A stretch of 64,000 nt of DNA, from positions 33,324-97,323 of the forward strand of contig CAMQBR010000001.1 in the NCBI GenBank assembly GCA_946999045.1. The letters run 5' to 3'. The stretch is from an uncultured Prevotella sp. (GTDB lineage Bacteria; Bacteroidota; Bacteroidia; Bacteroidales; Bacteroidaceae). Below the pieces are notes generated by a model. That model was given only the letters and a program-made list of their open reading frames with translations, did not search any database and had not been told where the DNA came from. The translations under genes were made by a program, and so were the position numbers. Shown in pieces: positions 29,840 to 40,488 of the stretch. Positions within the stretch are counted from its first letter, which is position 1. Each line of letters begins with the position of its first letter.

Positions 29840-32688
29840 TATTTAAGTACTATGTTTATAATTTTTTTAGGTACTACAATGGACTTTACAATAGTTTTCC
29901 CAGCTATATATTTCTTTGTGCGTGGGTCTGCCATTACCTTTTTCTGTATTTTCTCTTTAGTGTCATCTATGCTGAATACCATTTGGAAGCGAGCTTTTCC
30001 GTTAAACGAAACGGTCATCTGAATATCGCTTTCTTTTAGATATTCTTCATTGTATACAGGCCATTTAGCATTGTAAACCGAAGTTATTTCGCCCAATATA
30101 TGCCACAATTCTTCACAGATATGAGGAGCAAATGAAGCCAAAAGTACAACTACATTTTTTAATAATTCTTTATTAGTACACTTGCTTTGTGCCAATTCGT
30201 TAATGCAAATCATAAAGGCAGATACGGCTGTGTTGTATGAGAAATGTTCTATATCGGTAGTTACCTTCTTGATAAGTTTGTGTACAGACTTTAGCTGTGC
30301 AGCAGTAGGTTCTGTATCATCTGGTAAGAAACGGTTGGTTCTGTTTTCATAGAATAGTCCCCAAAGTTTCTTTAGAAAACGGTAACAACCGTCAATACCA
30401 TTGGTATCCCATGGTTTACTTGCTTCTAACGGACCTAAAAACATTTCATATAAGCGAAGTGTGTCGGCACCATATTGCTCAATAACCATATCAGGATTAA
30501 CTACATTGAACATTGATTTAGACATTTTTTCAATAGCCCAACCGCAAATATACTTGCCGTCTTCCAATATAAATTCGGCATTCTTATATTCAGGTCGCCA
30601 TGCTCTAAAGGCATCAAGGTCTAACACATCACCATGAACAATATTTACATCTACGTGAATAGGTGTAGTTTTGTATTGCTTTTTTAGTCCCAATGAAACA
30701 AAGATAGGTGCTGTTGAATGGTCTTCTGTATTGATACGATAAACAAAATTGCTTCGTCCTTGTATCATTCCTTGGTTAACCAACTTTTCAAATGGTTCTT
30801 CTTTGTACGAATATCCGTAATCATGTAAGAACTTATTCCAAAATCTTGAATAAATCAAGTGTCCAGTTGCATGTTCTGTTCCACCAACATACAGGTCTAC
30901 ATTTTGCCAATAAGCTGCTACATCTTTATCAACCAATGCCTTATCATTATGCGGATCCATATACCGAAGATAGTAAGCTGAACTACCAGCAAAGCCTGGC
31001 ATGGTGTTTAATTCCAATGGGAAGATAGTGGTATTGTTGATAAGCGACTTATCTACTACCTCTTTTTTTTCAGTATTCCATGCCCATTTCTTAGCACGCC
31101 CCAATGGAGGTTCACCTGTTTTAGTTGGTTCATATTTGTCTATCTCTGGCAATTGTAGTGGCAAACACTCTTCTGGAATCATATACGGAATATTACCTTT
31201 ATAATATACAGGGAAGGGTTCGCCCCAATAACGTTGGCGAGAGAAGGTAGCATCACGCAGACGATAGTTAATCTTTACATGACCTAAGCCTTGCTCGGTA
31301 ATATATTTTTTTGTGGCAGCAATTGCCTCTTTTACAGATAATCCATTGAGAGAAAATGTTGTGTGCTTTCCATTAACTGGACTATTTGTTACAATTCCTT
31401 CCTTGGCGTCATAACTTTCTTCGCTTACATCAGCTCCCTCTATCAGTGGAATAATAGGTAAGTTAAAGTGTTTAGCAAAAGCATAATCTCTGCTGTCGTG
31501 TGCAGGAACAGCCATGATAGCTCCTGTTCCGTAGCCTGCTAATACATAATCGCTTACATAGATAGGTATTTTATCACCAGTTACTGGATTAACAGCATAG
31601 CTACCCGTAAATACTCCCGATACTTTTCTGTCAGAAATACGCTCACGTTCAGTACGTTTCTTAGTTGCATCTACATAAGCTTTTACCTCGTTTGTTTGCT
31701 CTGGAGTAGTAACTTGAGCTACATAATCGCTCTCTGGAGCCAAAACCATGAAGGTAACACCAAACATAGTATCAGCACGTGTGGTAAAAATAGTAAGTTC
31801 TACATCAGAATTAGCCAGCTTAAATTTAACTTCAGCACCTTCCGAACGGCCAATCCAGTTGCGTTGTGTCTCCTTTAAAGAGTCAGTCCATTGTACAGTA
31901 TCTAATCCGTCTAACAAGCGTTGAGCGTATGCCGATACACGCAAACACCACTGGCGCATTTTCTTTTGTACAACAGGGTAGCCACCACGTTCGCTCACAC
32001 CGTCAACTACTTCATCGTTTGCCAATACAGTACCCAAGCCAGCACACCAGTTAACCATTGTTTCGCCCAAATAAGCAATGCGATAATTCATTAATGTTTT
32101 TTGTTGTTGCTCATCGCTCATGGTTTTCCATTCATCTGCTGTAAGCGATAGTTCTTCGCTTTGGGCTACGTTGATATCTTTAGAACCTTTACTCTCAAAA
32201 TGCTCTATCAGTTTTGTTATAGGTTGTGCTTTCTGTAAAGTGTTGTCGTAATACGAGTTAAACATTTTTATAAATGCCCACTGTGTCCAGTGATAATAAA
32301 TAGGGTCGCAGGTTCTTATCTCTCTGTCCCAGTCGAATGAGAATCCTATTTTATCTAACTGTTTGCGATAATGCTTGATGTTGGCTTCTGTAGTTATAGC
32401 AGGGTGTTGCCCTGTCTGAATAGCATATTGTTCGGCAGGTAGTCCGTAAGCATCATACCCCATAGGATTTAATACATTAAATCCTTGTTGATGTTTATAT
32501 CTTGCGTAAATATCGCTGGCAATATATCCCAAAGGATGTCCAACGTGCAAGCCTGCTCCCGATGGATAAGGGAACATATTGAGTACATAAAATTTTTCTT
32601 TATTTTTGTCTTCTACTACCTTGTAGATTTTGTTGTTTACCCACTCGTTTTGCCATTTTTTTTCAATGTCTTTGAAATTGTATTCCAT
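29839..32688 (-). CDS. leuS: Leucyl-tRNA synthetase
   Basis: HVGHPLGY (HIGH), KMSKS, CP1 editing domain. 949 aa. Confidence 0.95.
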   Translation of the reverse strand: MEYNFKDIEKKWQNEWVNNKIYKVVEDKNKEKFYVLNMFPYPSGAGLHVGHPLGYIASDIYARYKHQQGFNVLNPMGYDAYGLPAEQYAIQTGQHPAITTEANIKHYRKQLDKIGFSFDWDREIRTCDPIYYHWTQWAFIKMFNSYYDNTLQKAQPITKLIEHFESKGSKDINVAQSEELSLTADEWKTMSDEQQQKTLMNYRIAYLGETMVNWCAGLGTVLANDEVVDGVSERGGYPVVQKKMRQWCLRVSAYAQRLLDGLDTVQWTDSLKETQRNWIGRSEGAEVKFKLANSDVELTIFTTRADTMFGVTFMVLAPESDYVAQVTTPEQTNEVKAYVDATKKRTERERISDRKVSGVFTGSYAVNPVTGDKIPIYVSDYVLAGYGTGAIMAVPAHDSRDYAFAKHFNLPIIPLIEGADVSEESYDAKEGIVTNSPVNGKHTTFSLNGLSVKEAIAATKKYITEQGLGHVKINYRLRDATFSRQRYWGEPFPVYYKGNIPYMIPEECLPLQLPEIDKYEPTKTGEPPLGRAKKWAWNTEKKEVVDKSLINNTTIFPLELNTMPGFAGSSAYYLRYMDPHNDKALVDKDVAAYWQNVDLYVGGTEHATGHLIYSRFWNKFLHDYGYSYKEEPFEKLVNQGMIQGRSNFVYRINTEDHSTAPIFVSLGLKKQYKTTPIHVDVNIVHGDVLDLDAFRAWRPEYKNAEFILEDGKYICGWAIEKMSKSMFNVVNPDMVIEQYGADTLRLYEMFLGPLEASKPWDTNGIDGCYRFLKKLWGLFYENRTNRFLPDDTEPTAAQLKSVHKLIKKVTTDIEHFSYNTAVSAFMICINELAQSKCTNKELLKNVVVLLASFAPHICEELWHILGEITSVYNAKWPVYNEEYLKESDIQMTVSFNGKARFQMVFSIDDTKEKIQKKVMADPRTKKYIAGKTIVKSIVVPKKIINIVLK

Positions 32689-32897
32689 ACGATATTTAAT
32701 ATTTATGTCTGTACAATAATTCTATGTAAATTATAGTTAAAAGCAAAGTTACGAAAAAAAGTGTAATATAGATTGAATAAAAAATGATTTTTATGAAAAT
32801 GTGCAAACTTTATATTTTACTTTGAATTTTATGATTAAACAGCGTAAGGAGTTAAGCCTTTTAGTTATGTACTTTAAACATTGAGCTTTATGATTAT

Positions 32898-33089
32898 GGG
32901 TGTTCTATAAATTATACCACCGTAAAGTTTTTATGTCGGTCTTTTTACGTTTTGTTATCTTGTGGGCTCTTTTGGGTTCAATTTGCTTGTTCGTTCAGTA
33001 GTATAGCTCGCTATACTTTTTCACTCACAAACAAATTGATCCCAAAAAATACTCTCACAATTTGTCAAAGCTAATTTATAGAACCGCCC
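32898..33089 (+). mobile_element. MITE-like element copy 5 (family 1, 192 bp), TSD TTAT
   Basis: GGGTGTTCTATAAATTATACCACCGTAAAG…CTAATTTATAGAACCGCCC. 209 bp upstream of the leuS start. Confidence 0.8.
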
Positions 33090-33255
33090 TTATACATTTT
33101 ACTAAAAAGCTAACAACTTGTAAAGTTATATATAAAAAAATGTTGTTATATTTTTTCATTTTTATTTATAATCAATGAGTTATACTATTATTAAAAACAT
33201 TTTTATGTAGTCATATATTATTATTTTTTTTTCTATTTTATGGGACGCAACAATC

Positions 33256-33343
33256 TCATTGAGTTTGCAGCATAAAACCATTGAGTTTGCCCGTCAAAAT
33301 CATTGAGATTGTGCTTCAAAACCATTGAGATTGTATTTTTCAC
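33256..33343 (+). repeat. Four-unit direct repeat with exact 22-bp phasing (core CATTGAGWTTG)
   Basis: Units begin at 33256, 33278, 33300 and 33322: CATTGAGTTTGCAGCATAAAAC / CATTGAGTTTGCCCGTCAAAAT / CATTGAGATTGTGCTTCAAAAC / CATTGAGATTGTATTTTTCAC. Confidence 0.7.
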
Positions 33344-33369
33344 CTCAAGCTCTTATAGATGTAAAAAAT

Positions 33370-35049
33370 CTATTTAATAATGTTTTCAAAAATATTAGGA
33401 TAGTTTTGAATGGTGATAGATTTGCCCGAAATAGGATGAATAAATGTGATAGAGGCGGCATGTAAGTACAGCCGTTGGGCAGGAGAGCCGTAAAGTTCGT
33501 CGCCAATAATGGGAGAGTTTAAACCGTCTACATGAGCACAATGTATGCGTAATTGGTGGGTACGCCCCGTTTTTGGAAACAAAGAGATGTAGGTTTTGCC
33601 ATGTTTTACTTGCTGTACATGGTAGAAAGTAATGGTTCGTTTTCCATTGAGCTTATCTACTATTTGTCGGGGGCGGTCTAATAAATCGGGAGATAAGGGC
33701 AAATCAATCATGCCTTCTCGTTGCGTTACCTCTCCTTGCAATACCGCTACATATTGTTTTTGAATGGTGTGTTTTGCAAATTGTTGTTGTAAATGATGAT
33801 ACGTTTCTTTATTTTTTGCCAGTAATAGAATGCCCGAAGTAGCCATATCCAGGCGATGTACGGCATATAACTGAGTATTTTTTGGTAGCCAAGACTGGAT
33901 GATTGAATATACAGAGGGTTGATTGTTTTTGCCAGGTACCGATAGTAAACCCGAAGGTTTGTTTACTGCAATAAGGTTATTGTCTTCGTATAAGATAGTT
34001 GGTTTCAACGAATAATTTGTTTGTTTTATTTCTTTATCTACTGTTAATCCTTGTAACATAAAAGATAAGATGGGTAAACACTTACCCCGACAGGCAGGAT
34101 AATAGTTGCCATGGTGGCGAATAGTAGTAGCTGGTGAGGCTCCCCACCAAAACTCTGCCATACATATAGGTTGCAAATGGTGCAGAAAAGCGTATTGCAA
34201 TAGCTTTGGGGCACAGCACTCTCCTGCACCAGCTGGAGGTATAACTTGTGGGGTGGGCTCAAAAATTTCTAATAAATTGCGTTGTTCACCTTTGGCATTG
34301 AGTATAATAAAGTGTGAAAAGAGCCAGCGTTGCAACTGGTCGGATAGCTGCTTGCGCCTTATTTTATAATCTGTAATGGTTTGCTCATAGTTTTTTAGTT
34401 GAGTGCTAATGCTTTCTATATTCTTGTTAATGCGCTTCTTTAAGCGATGAAGTTCAGCTTTCATAAACTGACTTTCGTTGGTTAATTGAGCCAGCTGTTT
34501 GGGTGTAAGTATTTGTGTTTGCCGTAATTCATTGCGCTTTTTCTTGGCAACTTTTATCTCGTTTTTATACGCATTTAGTGCTTTTTCTCCTGCTAATACT
34601 TTTTCTTGCAATTGTTGTTTCAATAGACAATAGTTAGTATTATTTTGTAAGTTATCAATATCCTTATTTAGTTGTGTGATAATAGCCTCGTGCTGTTTAA
34701 AATATCCATTGGGTTGTAAATAATCGAAAATAGTTGGAACAAACCCTTCCCAATCGTTTCTCCCCTCAATTTGTCCAGAATAAGCACAAAGATAACCTAA
34801 GCCCAGTTGAGCATGTTCTACTACCAATACCCCAAACATCTTGCCTTGTTCTACCTCATGTTGCCATGCTTGCCAAACTTGTATGAAGTATTGTACTTGC
34901 TTCATTGCCAACAAACAAAGCGGATGCGGATGGTAATGAAAGGGATTATTCATCTGTATAGGCTTTTGGATGTTGGTGTGCAAAGGATGAAACCTATTTG
35001 AGAGAAAGGCTTTCAGGTTTATTTTATATTCGTGTTGTTGTGATTGCAT
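33370..35049 (-). CDS. RluA-family pseudouridine synthase with long N-terminal coiled-coil extension
   Basis: C-terminal …LIAVNKPSGLLSVPGKN…AVHRLDMATSGILLLAK… is the RluA catalytic core (HRLD). About 300 aa N-terminal region is rich in heptad-like K/E/Q. Confidence 0.7.
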   Translation of the reverse strand: MQSQQHEYKINLKAFLSNRFHPLHTNIQKPIQMNNPFHYHPHPLCLLAMKQVQYFIQVWQAWQHEVEQGKMFGVLVVEHAQLGLGYLCAYSGQIEGRNDWEGFVPTIFDYLQPNGYFKQHEAIITQLNKDIDNLQNNTNYCLLKQQLQEKVLAGEKALNAYKNEIKVAKKKRNELRQTQILTPKQLAQLTNESQFMKAELHRLKKRINKNIESISTQLKNYEQTITDYKIRRKQLSDQLQRWLFSHFIILNAKGEQRNLLEIFEPTPQVIPPAGAGECCAPKLLQYAFLHHLQPICMAEFWWGASPATTIRHHGNYYPACRGKCLPILSFMLQGLTVDKEIKQTNYSLKPTILYEDNNLIAVNKPSGLLSVPGKNNQPSVYSIIQSWLPKNTQLYAVHRLDMATSGILLLAKNKETYHHLQQQFAKHTIQKQYVAVLQGEVTQREGMIDLPLSPDLLDRPRQIVDKLNGKRTITFYHVQQVKHGKTYISLFPKTGRTHQLRIHCAHVDGLNSPIIGDELYGSPAQRLYLHAASITFIHPISGKSITIQNYPNIFENIIK

Positions 35050-35071
35050 CTTCTTTTCTCTATCTTTTATA

Positions 35072-35265
35072 GGGCAGTTCTATAAATTACCACCGTAAAG
35101 TTTTTTTTATGTCAGTTTTTTTACGTTTTGTCATCTTGTGGGTTATTTTTGGTTCATTTTGCTTGTTCGTTCAGTAGTATAGCGAGCTATAACTACTTCA
35201 CTCTCAAACAAATTGACCTTAAAAATAGTATCACAATCTGTCAAAGCTAATTTATAGAATCGCCC
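35072..35265 (+). mobile_element. MITE-like element copy 6 (family 1, 194 bp)
   Basis: GGGCAGTTCTATAAATTACCACCGTAAAG…CTAATTTATAGAATCGCCC. 23 bp upstream of the RluA-like start. Flanks TATA/TACA. Confidence 0.8.
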
Positions 35266-35315
35266 TACATTGTTTTTTGAGTTTGGCACTTATATGTGAG
35301 TTATTGGTACTTAAC

Positions 35316-38300
35316 CTACATTACCTTTGTTATTTTATGTGTTGTAACATTTAGTGCTGATATTAAAATAACTGGTTTGCTGCCACGGGTATCTTCTTTT
35401 TTCCACTTAATGGTGATAACTTTGTGTGCGCCTGGCATCAAATGGAAATAATTATCGGTATAATAAACAGGTAAAATTTGTTCGCCATCACTACCTTTTA
35501 GTTGTAAACGTATCATCATGGCAGGTGTTTGGGTAGGGTTATAGAGTGTTACTTCCATCTTGTCCTTATATTCGGTAACTGACTCTTGAAGCAATACTTG
35601 AGGTAAAGAATGGAGAGCTTGCAGGTTACCCTCATCTGTAGAACAAACATAAAAGTTGGTAGATAACTCTTTGTTGTTGGCATCAAGTAGTTTCATCTGC
35701 AGATAATATACCTTTGAACTAATGTCTGGAATGGGTATATAAGTGCATACCACGGTTGTATCAGGCTTAAGATTGATAACCGATTCGTATTGTTGAACTT
35801 TTTTGCCCCACATATCCAATACCTCACATTGCGCACGCAAGTTGCCCGATATGGCTTGATTGATATTGACAACCTCCATGTTTCGAGTACTTGCATTCCA
35901 CTGTATGTGTAATGGTTCACAAGCCTTCTTTACACCAAAGAAGGCTGCAGTGGGTTCAAAATAATAGTCGTATGTTTGCCATGTCATGCTGGGCCAACAA
36001 GGATGACTCATCCATATTAGTAACCCCAAACGATATTTACTGCCACTCTCAAACATAGCGCGATATCCATTGTAGTTTATCCACTGTGATAATTGTGTAA
36101 ATTGTTGTGCACTCTCAATTTTCCCAAAAGCCTTTTGAAGCATGGCATTAAACTCACTGCCACGCTGTGCCCCTTGTAAAACGTAATCGTGCTGTCCCCA
36201 TTCTTTGCATTGCTGCCACAAAGATTGTGGCGCCAGTGTACGGGCTAAGCCCTCGTATGTCATTATGTTAGGCATACCACGCTCAGAATGTAATTTACCT
36301 GTTTGACTTTCAAAGTAAGTTTTGTCAGGAACAGCCCAATAGGGACCGTGTCCACTTACGCCATCATCTGCCGAACTGGAGATATACAATAGTCCTGGAT
36401 GTTGCGTTTTTACATCTTTCTGTAATGTATCATTTATATCTTTAGGAGGATATCCCTCGTTTCGTCCGCAGTACAAAGCAATGCTCGGATGTTGTCTGAT
36501 GCGATAAATATAATCTTTAGCATTACGTAAGAACATAGAATGATTTTGCGGATCGGGGCCATCGGCAGGGTTAGCCAACCAAAAATCTTGCCATACCATG
36601 ATGCCATAGTGGTCGCAAGCATCGTAAAATTCTTTATCACCTGTTTGTCCTACCCAGTTACGTATCATGTTACAGTTCATGTATTTATGATACTTTACAG
36701 CAATATCATATTCGCGTGCTCTGTAATTAAGGTTATTCTCACTAAATCCCCAATTTCCTCCAAGTGGCACAAATCGTTTTCCATTGATATATAAGGTAAG
36801 ACGAGTATTAACATCTTTGTAACTCATCTGTCGGATGCCTGCCCGATAATGTAGTTCGTTTTGCGTTTTTCCGTTTATTTGGAATGTATAACCTGCATCG
36901 TAAAGATAAGGCTCTCCATAGCCATTAGGCCACCACAAGTGCATGTGTTGATGCTGCAGTGAGGTATAAAGTGAAGGTAAAAATGATGTTTCTACTGTGG
37001 CATGAGCTGGTAGCATAATACTCTTTTCAAACGTGTTATTACCTATCCATCCTTTTAGTATGCCCAATATGCGGTGTGATTCGTTATTAGTGAGCAAGAC
37101 AGAAGGTGTTAGTGTAGCCAGTGTATCGGGCAAATTGAGTTGAGAAGTAACTACAGGGTCGCTTAAAGTAACGCTACCCTCTTGTGTTAGGTACACATCG
37201 TTCCATATACCAATGTTGCGCCCACGAATGGTAGAAATCCAGTCCCACCCTATTGTAGCATGAAATGTAGGATTATCTGCCCCCAAGATACCCCCATTAA
37301 AATCGGTATTAAGCTGGTTTTTTTCTTTCACTGCCCCAGGGTGTTGTGTCTTGATAATTTCTACAGCCAGCACATTTTGTCCCTCCTTTAGTAGTTGGGT
37401 AACATCTGTTTTGCTACGAATAAAAGCCCCTTCTATACGATTGATACGCTTTCCGTTAAGGAAAATATTGGCTTTCCAGTTAATGCCGTCAAAATTGAGG
37501 AATATATGTTGCTGTAATTTTTCTTTTGAAATGTTGAATGTTTTGCGATACCAAAAGTTGGAGTTGAAAAACGATTCGGACACTAAAAATAGATTGTCGG
37601 CTATATTAGGATTGGCAAGTGCACCTATATTTACATAACTTGTAAGTACGGTAGCTGGTACTGTTGCTACAATCCAGCCAGCATCATTATAGTAAGGTAG
37701 TGAGAGTTGTTCGCCAGTGGCCTGCACCTGCGATGCACGTTGCAAATGCCAGTTGCCACCATTCAGTGATAATAGGTTATTATGCCATATACTTTCTTTA
37801 GTAGCATGAGCTATTAATCCTCCTCTTCCCATTACTTCTACTTCACTTAGCACAAAAGGCTTTCCATTCTTTGAAGCTTGCATATTTACTCTGATGTAGC
37901 GAGCTTGTGCACGACAATTTATTACTTCATTGGTTTTATCTGCAGAAGAAAGTTTTGAAATGTTAGTCCAATGTACATTATCTACTGATACTTGTATTGA
38001 GCCTAGTGTAGCTTTGTTAAGCCAATGTAATTTTATTTGATTGAATGAAGCTTGTGTTCCCAAATCAATCTTCACCCATTCGTTGTGGTTTGTGGCACTC
38101 ATCCATGCACTCTTAAAGACAGCCGATGGCAATACATTGGTTACTGGAATACTGCTTTGTGCAAAGTTTATTTGTGTAACAGTCCAGTATGCTGCTCCTG
38201 GCATATCCAGTTGTAAGCGCAAACCTCGCAAAAGTGGTTCGCTATGATGTAGGTTAAACGATAAATTTACATTGCGGGTGGGCAACAATTCGGCATTAGT

Positions 38301-38882
38301 AACTTTATTAGGGTCGCTGTGTACCTTGTATTTTGAAGCTGTTCCAGGTAACGAATTGCCATGCTGTTGTGCTATTACTATCCATTTTCCGTTGCTGTTG
38401 GGTGCTAATAATTTGATAGAATAGCCTTTGTTAGCTTGCTTTTCGTAGTAAGCAACATGAGCTACTAAGCTTATTTTATTGGCTTTAACTGCCATATTCT
38501 TCCACTGATATTGCAGAAAAGCCTGATTGCCTATAAGGATGTTATGCGTATATTCGCCTCTGTCAATTGCCCATTCACGTTCTCTTCGTGGTAAAACACC
38601 TTGATTGGTGGTTACTATCATATAAGATGGCATCTTGTTAGTGATGATGCCATCGGTAACAAGTTGTGCCGTGAGGTTATAATCATAACTCGAAGAGTGG
38701 TATGTTTTGCAATGTAATGCTATATTGCGGTATGTGCTATCTATTTGTAATGTAGGTGCATAGCACTCTTTTGGGTTGCCTGGATAGATGCCAATGCCAC
38801 GGGTATAGGTTTGAGAAATAATACTATTATGCGTAAAAGTAATAATGCATAAGAATATGAGAAATGTTTTTTTTATAGTCAT
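35316..38882 (-). CDS. Secreted glycoside hydrolase, GH2-like multidomain with F5/8 type C (discoidin) domain
   Basis: Signal peptide. Discoidin-like …NEWVKIDLGTQASFNQIKLHW…. GH2-like sugar-binding/Ig/TIM segments (…GIMVWQDFWLAN…, …YCGRNEGYPP…). Confidence 0.5.
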   Translation of the reverse strand: MTIKKTFLIFLCIITFTHNSIISQTYTRGIGIYPGNPKECYAPTLQIDSTYRNIALHCKTYHSSSYDYNLTAQLVTDGIITNKMPSYMIVTTNQGVLPRREREWAIDRGEYTHNILIGNQAFLQYQWKNMAVKANKISLVAHVAYYEKQANKGYSIKLLAPNSNGKWIVIAQQHGNSLPGTASKYKVHSDPNKVTNAELLPTRNVNLSFNLHHSEPLLRGLRLQLDMPGAAYWTVTQINFAQSSIPVTNVLPSAVFKSAWMSATNHNEWVKIDLGTQASFNQIKLHWLNKATLGSIQVSVDNVHWTNISKLSSADKTNEVINCRAQARYIRVNMQASKNGKPFVLSEVEVMGRGGLIAHATKESIWHNNLLSLNGGNWHLQRASQVQATGEQLSLPYYNDAGWIVATVPATVLTSYVNIGALANPNIADNLFLVSESFFNSNFWYRKTFNISKEKLQQHIFLNFDGINWKANIFLNGKRINRIEGAFIRSKTDVTQLLKEGQNVLAVEIIKTQHPGAVKEKNQLNTDFNGGILGADNPTFHATIGWDWISTIRGRNIGIWNDVYLTQEGSVTLSDPVVTSQLNLPDTLATLTPSVLLTNNESHRILGILKGWIGNNTFEKSIMLPAHATVETSFLPSLYTSLQHQHMHLWWPNGYGEPYLYDAGYTFQINGKTQNELHYRAGIRQMSYKDVNTRLTLYINGKRFVPLGGNWGFSENNLNYRAREYDIAVKYHKYMNCNMIRNWVGQTGDKEFYDACDHYGIMVWQDFWLANPADGPDPQNHSMFLRNAKDYIYRIRQHPSIALYCGRNEGYPPKDINDTLQKDVKTQHPGLLYISSSADDGVSGHGPYWAVPDKTYFESQTGKLHSERGMPNIMTYEGLARTLAPQSLWQQCKEWGQHDYVLQGAQRGSEFNAMLQKAFGKIESAQQFTQLSQWINYNGYRAMFESGSKYRLGLLIWMSHPCWPSMTWQTYDYYFEPTAAFFGVKKACEPLHIQWNASTRNMEVVNINQAISGNLRAQCEVLDMWGKKVQQYESVINLKPDTTVVCTYIPIPDISSKVYYLQMKLLDANNKELSTNFYVCSTDEGNLQALHSLPQVLLQESVTEYKDKMEVTLYNPTQTPAMMIRLQLKGSDGEQILPVYYTDNYFHLMPGAHKVITIKWKKEDTRGSKPVILISALNVTTHKITKVM

Positions 38883-38903
38883 TAGTTTTGATGATTTGTT
38901 TAA

Positions 38904-39095
38904 GGGCGGTTCTATAAATTACCACCGTAAAGTTTTTATGTCAGTCTTTTTTTACTTTTTGTCATCTTGTGGACTCTTTTTGGTTCAATATTCTTGTTCG
39001 TTCAGTTGTATAGCTCGCTATACTCCTTCGCTCACAAACAGGTTGACCTCAAAAATAGTTTCACAATCTGTCAAAGCTAATTTATAGTACCGCCC
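38904..39095 (+). mobile_element. MITE-like element copy 7 (family 1, 192 bp), perfect 5-bp TSD TTAAG
   Basis: …TTTAAG|GGGCGGTTCTATAAATTACCACCG…ATAGTACCGCCC|TTAAGTAG…. 22 bp upstream of the glycosidase start. Confidence 0.85.
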
Positions 39096-39238
39096 TTAAG
39101 TAGATTATTTTTGTAATGTTGTAAAAATAAACAAAAAGATAAATAAAAAAGAAAGGTTAGCACATTTTTTTTTGTACTAACCTTTTATAATAGTGTATAT
39201 ATCCATAAAAAACGATGTGAAAAATGGAATATTTTATC

Positions 39239-40456
39239 TTACAACTTCACTAAATTCAGTACTTTAGCGGTGGCACCTGCCTCACCTTGTACATATTTTC
39301 CAGCAGCTTTGCCTCGCTGTTTCAAGTAATCAGGATGTAACATGAGCTGTGACATGATTAAAGCAAATGAAGATGTGTCGGCTATTTCAAAACCGCCATT
39401 TGCTTTTTTCAATGCTTGTGCCTCCTGGAAACGTTGGTTGTTAGGACCAAAAATAACGGGGATATTCCACACCGCAGCTTCTAACACATTGTGAATACCT
39501 ACACCAAAGCCACCGCCAATGTATGCTATTTCTCCGTAATGGTAAATGCTTGAAAGTAATCCATAGCAATCTATAATGAGGTATTGTGCCTTGGCTGCCT
39601 CTTCGGGCGATGTTTGTGTGTAACGAACTGCCTTATGCTTTAATTTTGATTCTATGCTTTTAATATGTTCTTCCTTTATAACATGAGGGGCTATAATCAT
39701 TTTCCAGCTGGTATGCTGGTTCATAAATGGGATAAAAATATCTTCATCGGGTTCCCAACTTGAGCCTGCTATAAAAACCTTTTTGTTGTCTTTGAAAGTT
39801 TCAATAATAGGTAATGGCTTAGCTGTATCCTTGATTTGCAGTACACGATCAAAGCGTGTATCGCCCACAATATCTATATTTTGTATGCCCATTCCTTGCA
39901 ACAAGTGTTTGCTTTTTTCGTTTTGAACAAAATAATGGGTAATGCATTTCAGTACTTTGGCATAGCTACGACCGTACCAACGGAAGAATATCTGGCTGTC
40001 GCAGAAAATACTACTTACGCTGTATATGGGAATGTGTCTATGTTTTAAGATGTGAAGATAGTTGTACCAAAATTCATATTTTATAAAGAAAGCCATACAA
40101 GGGCGTACCGTTCTCAGGAATCTGCGTGCGTTACGTATGGTATCTATGGGTAAATAGCATACGATATCGGCTTGCTCATAGTTTTTTCTCACCTCGTAAC
40201 CCGATGGTGAGAAAAACGTAAGCAGTATTTTGTATTGGGGATATTGCTTCTTGATATGCTCAATGAGTGGTCTGCCTTGCTCAAATTCTCCTAATGATGC
40301 CGCATGAAACCAAATATACTGATAGTTAGGATGAACCTTCTCTTTCAGTAATTTTATAGTCTGTCGTTCGCCTTTCCACATCTTTTGTACCTTTTTACTA
40401 AAGATACTGGCAATGGCAACGCCCAACAGATAGATATAAATAGCTATTTGATACAC
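39239..40456 (-). CDS. waaA: 3-deoxy-D-manno-octulosonic acid (Kdo) transferase
   Basis: …WFHAASLGEFEQGRPLIEHIKKQYP… typical KdtA/WaaA N-terminus. 405 aa. Confidence 0.85.
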   Translation of the reverse strand: MYQIAIYIYLLGVAIASIFSKKVQKMWKGERQTIKLLKEKVHPNYQYIWFHAASLGEFEQGRPLIEHIKKQYPQYKILLTFFSPSGYEVRKNYEQADIVCYLPIDTIRNARRFLRTVRPCMAFFIKYEFWYNYLHILKHRHIPIYSVSSIFCDSQIFFRWYGRSYAKVLKCITHYFVQNEKSKHLLQGMGIQNIDIVGDTRFDRVLQIKDTAKPLPIIETFKDNKKVFIAGSSWEPDEDIFIPFMNQHTSWKMIIAPHVIKEEHIKSIESKLKHKAVRYTQTSPEEAAKAQYLIIDCYGLLSSIYHYGEIAYIGGGFGVGIHNVLEAAVWNIPVIFGPNNQRFQEAQALKKANGGFEIADTSSFALIMSQLMLHPDYLKQRGKAAGKYVQGEAGATAKVLNLVKL

Positions 40457-40488
40457 TTTGTAAAGTGGTTTTTATAATTTGTCAAATT

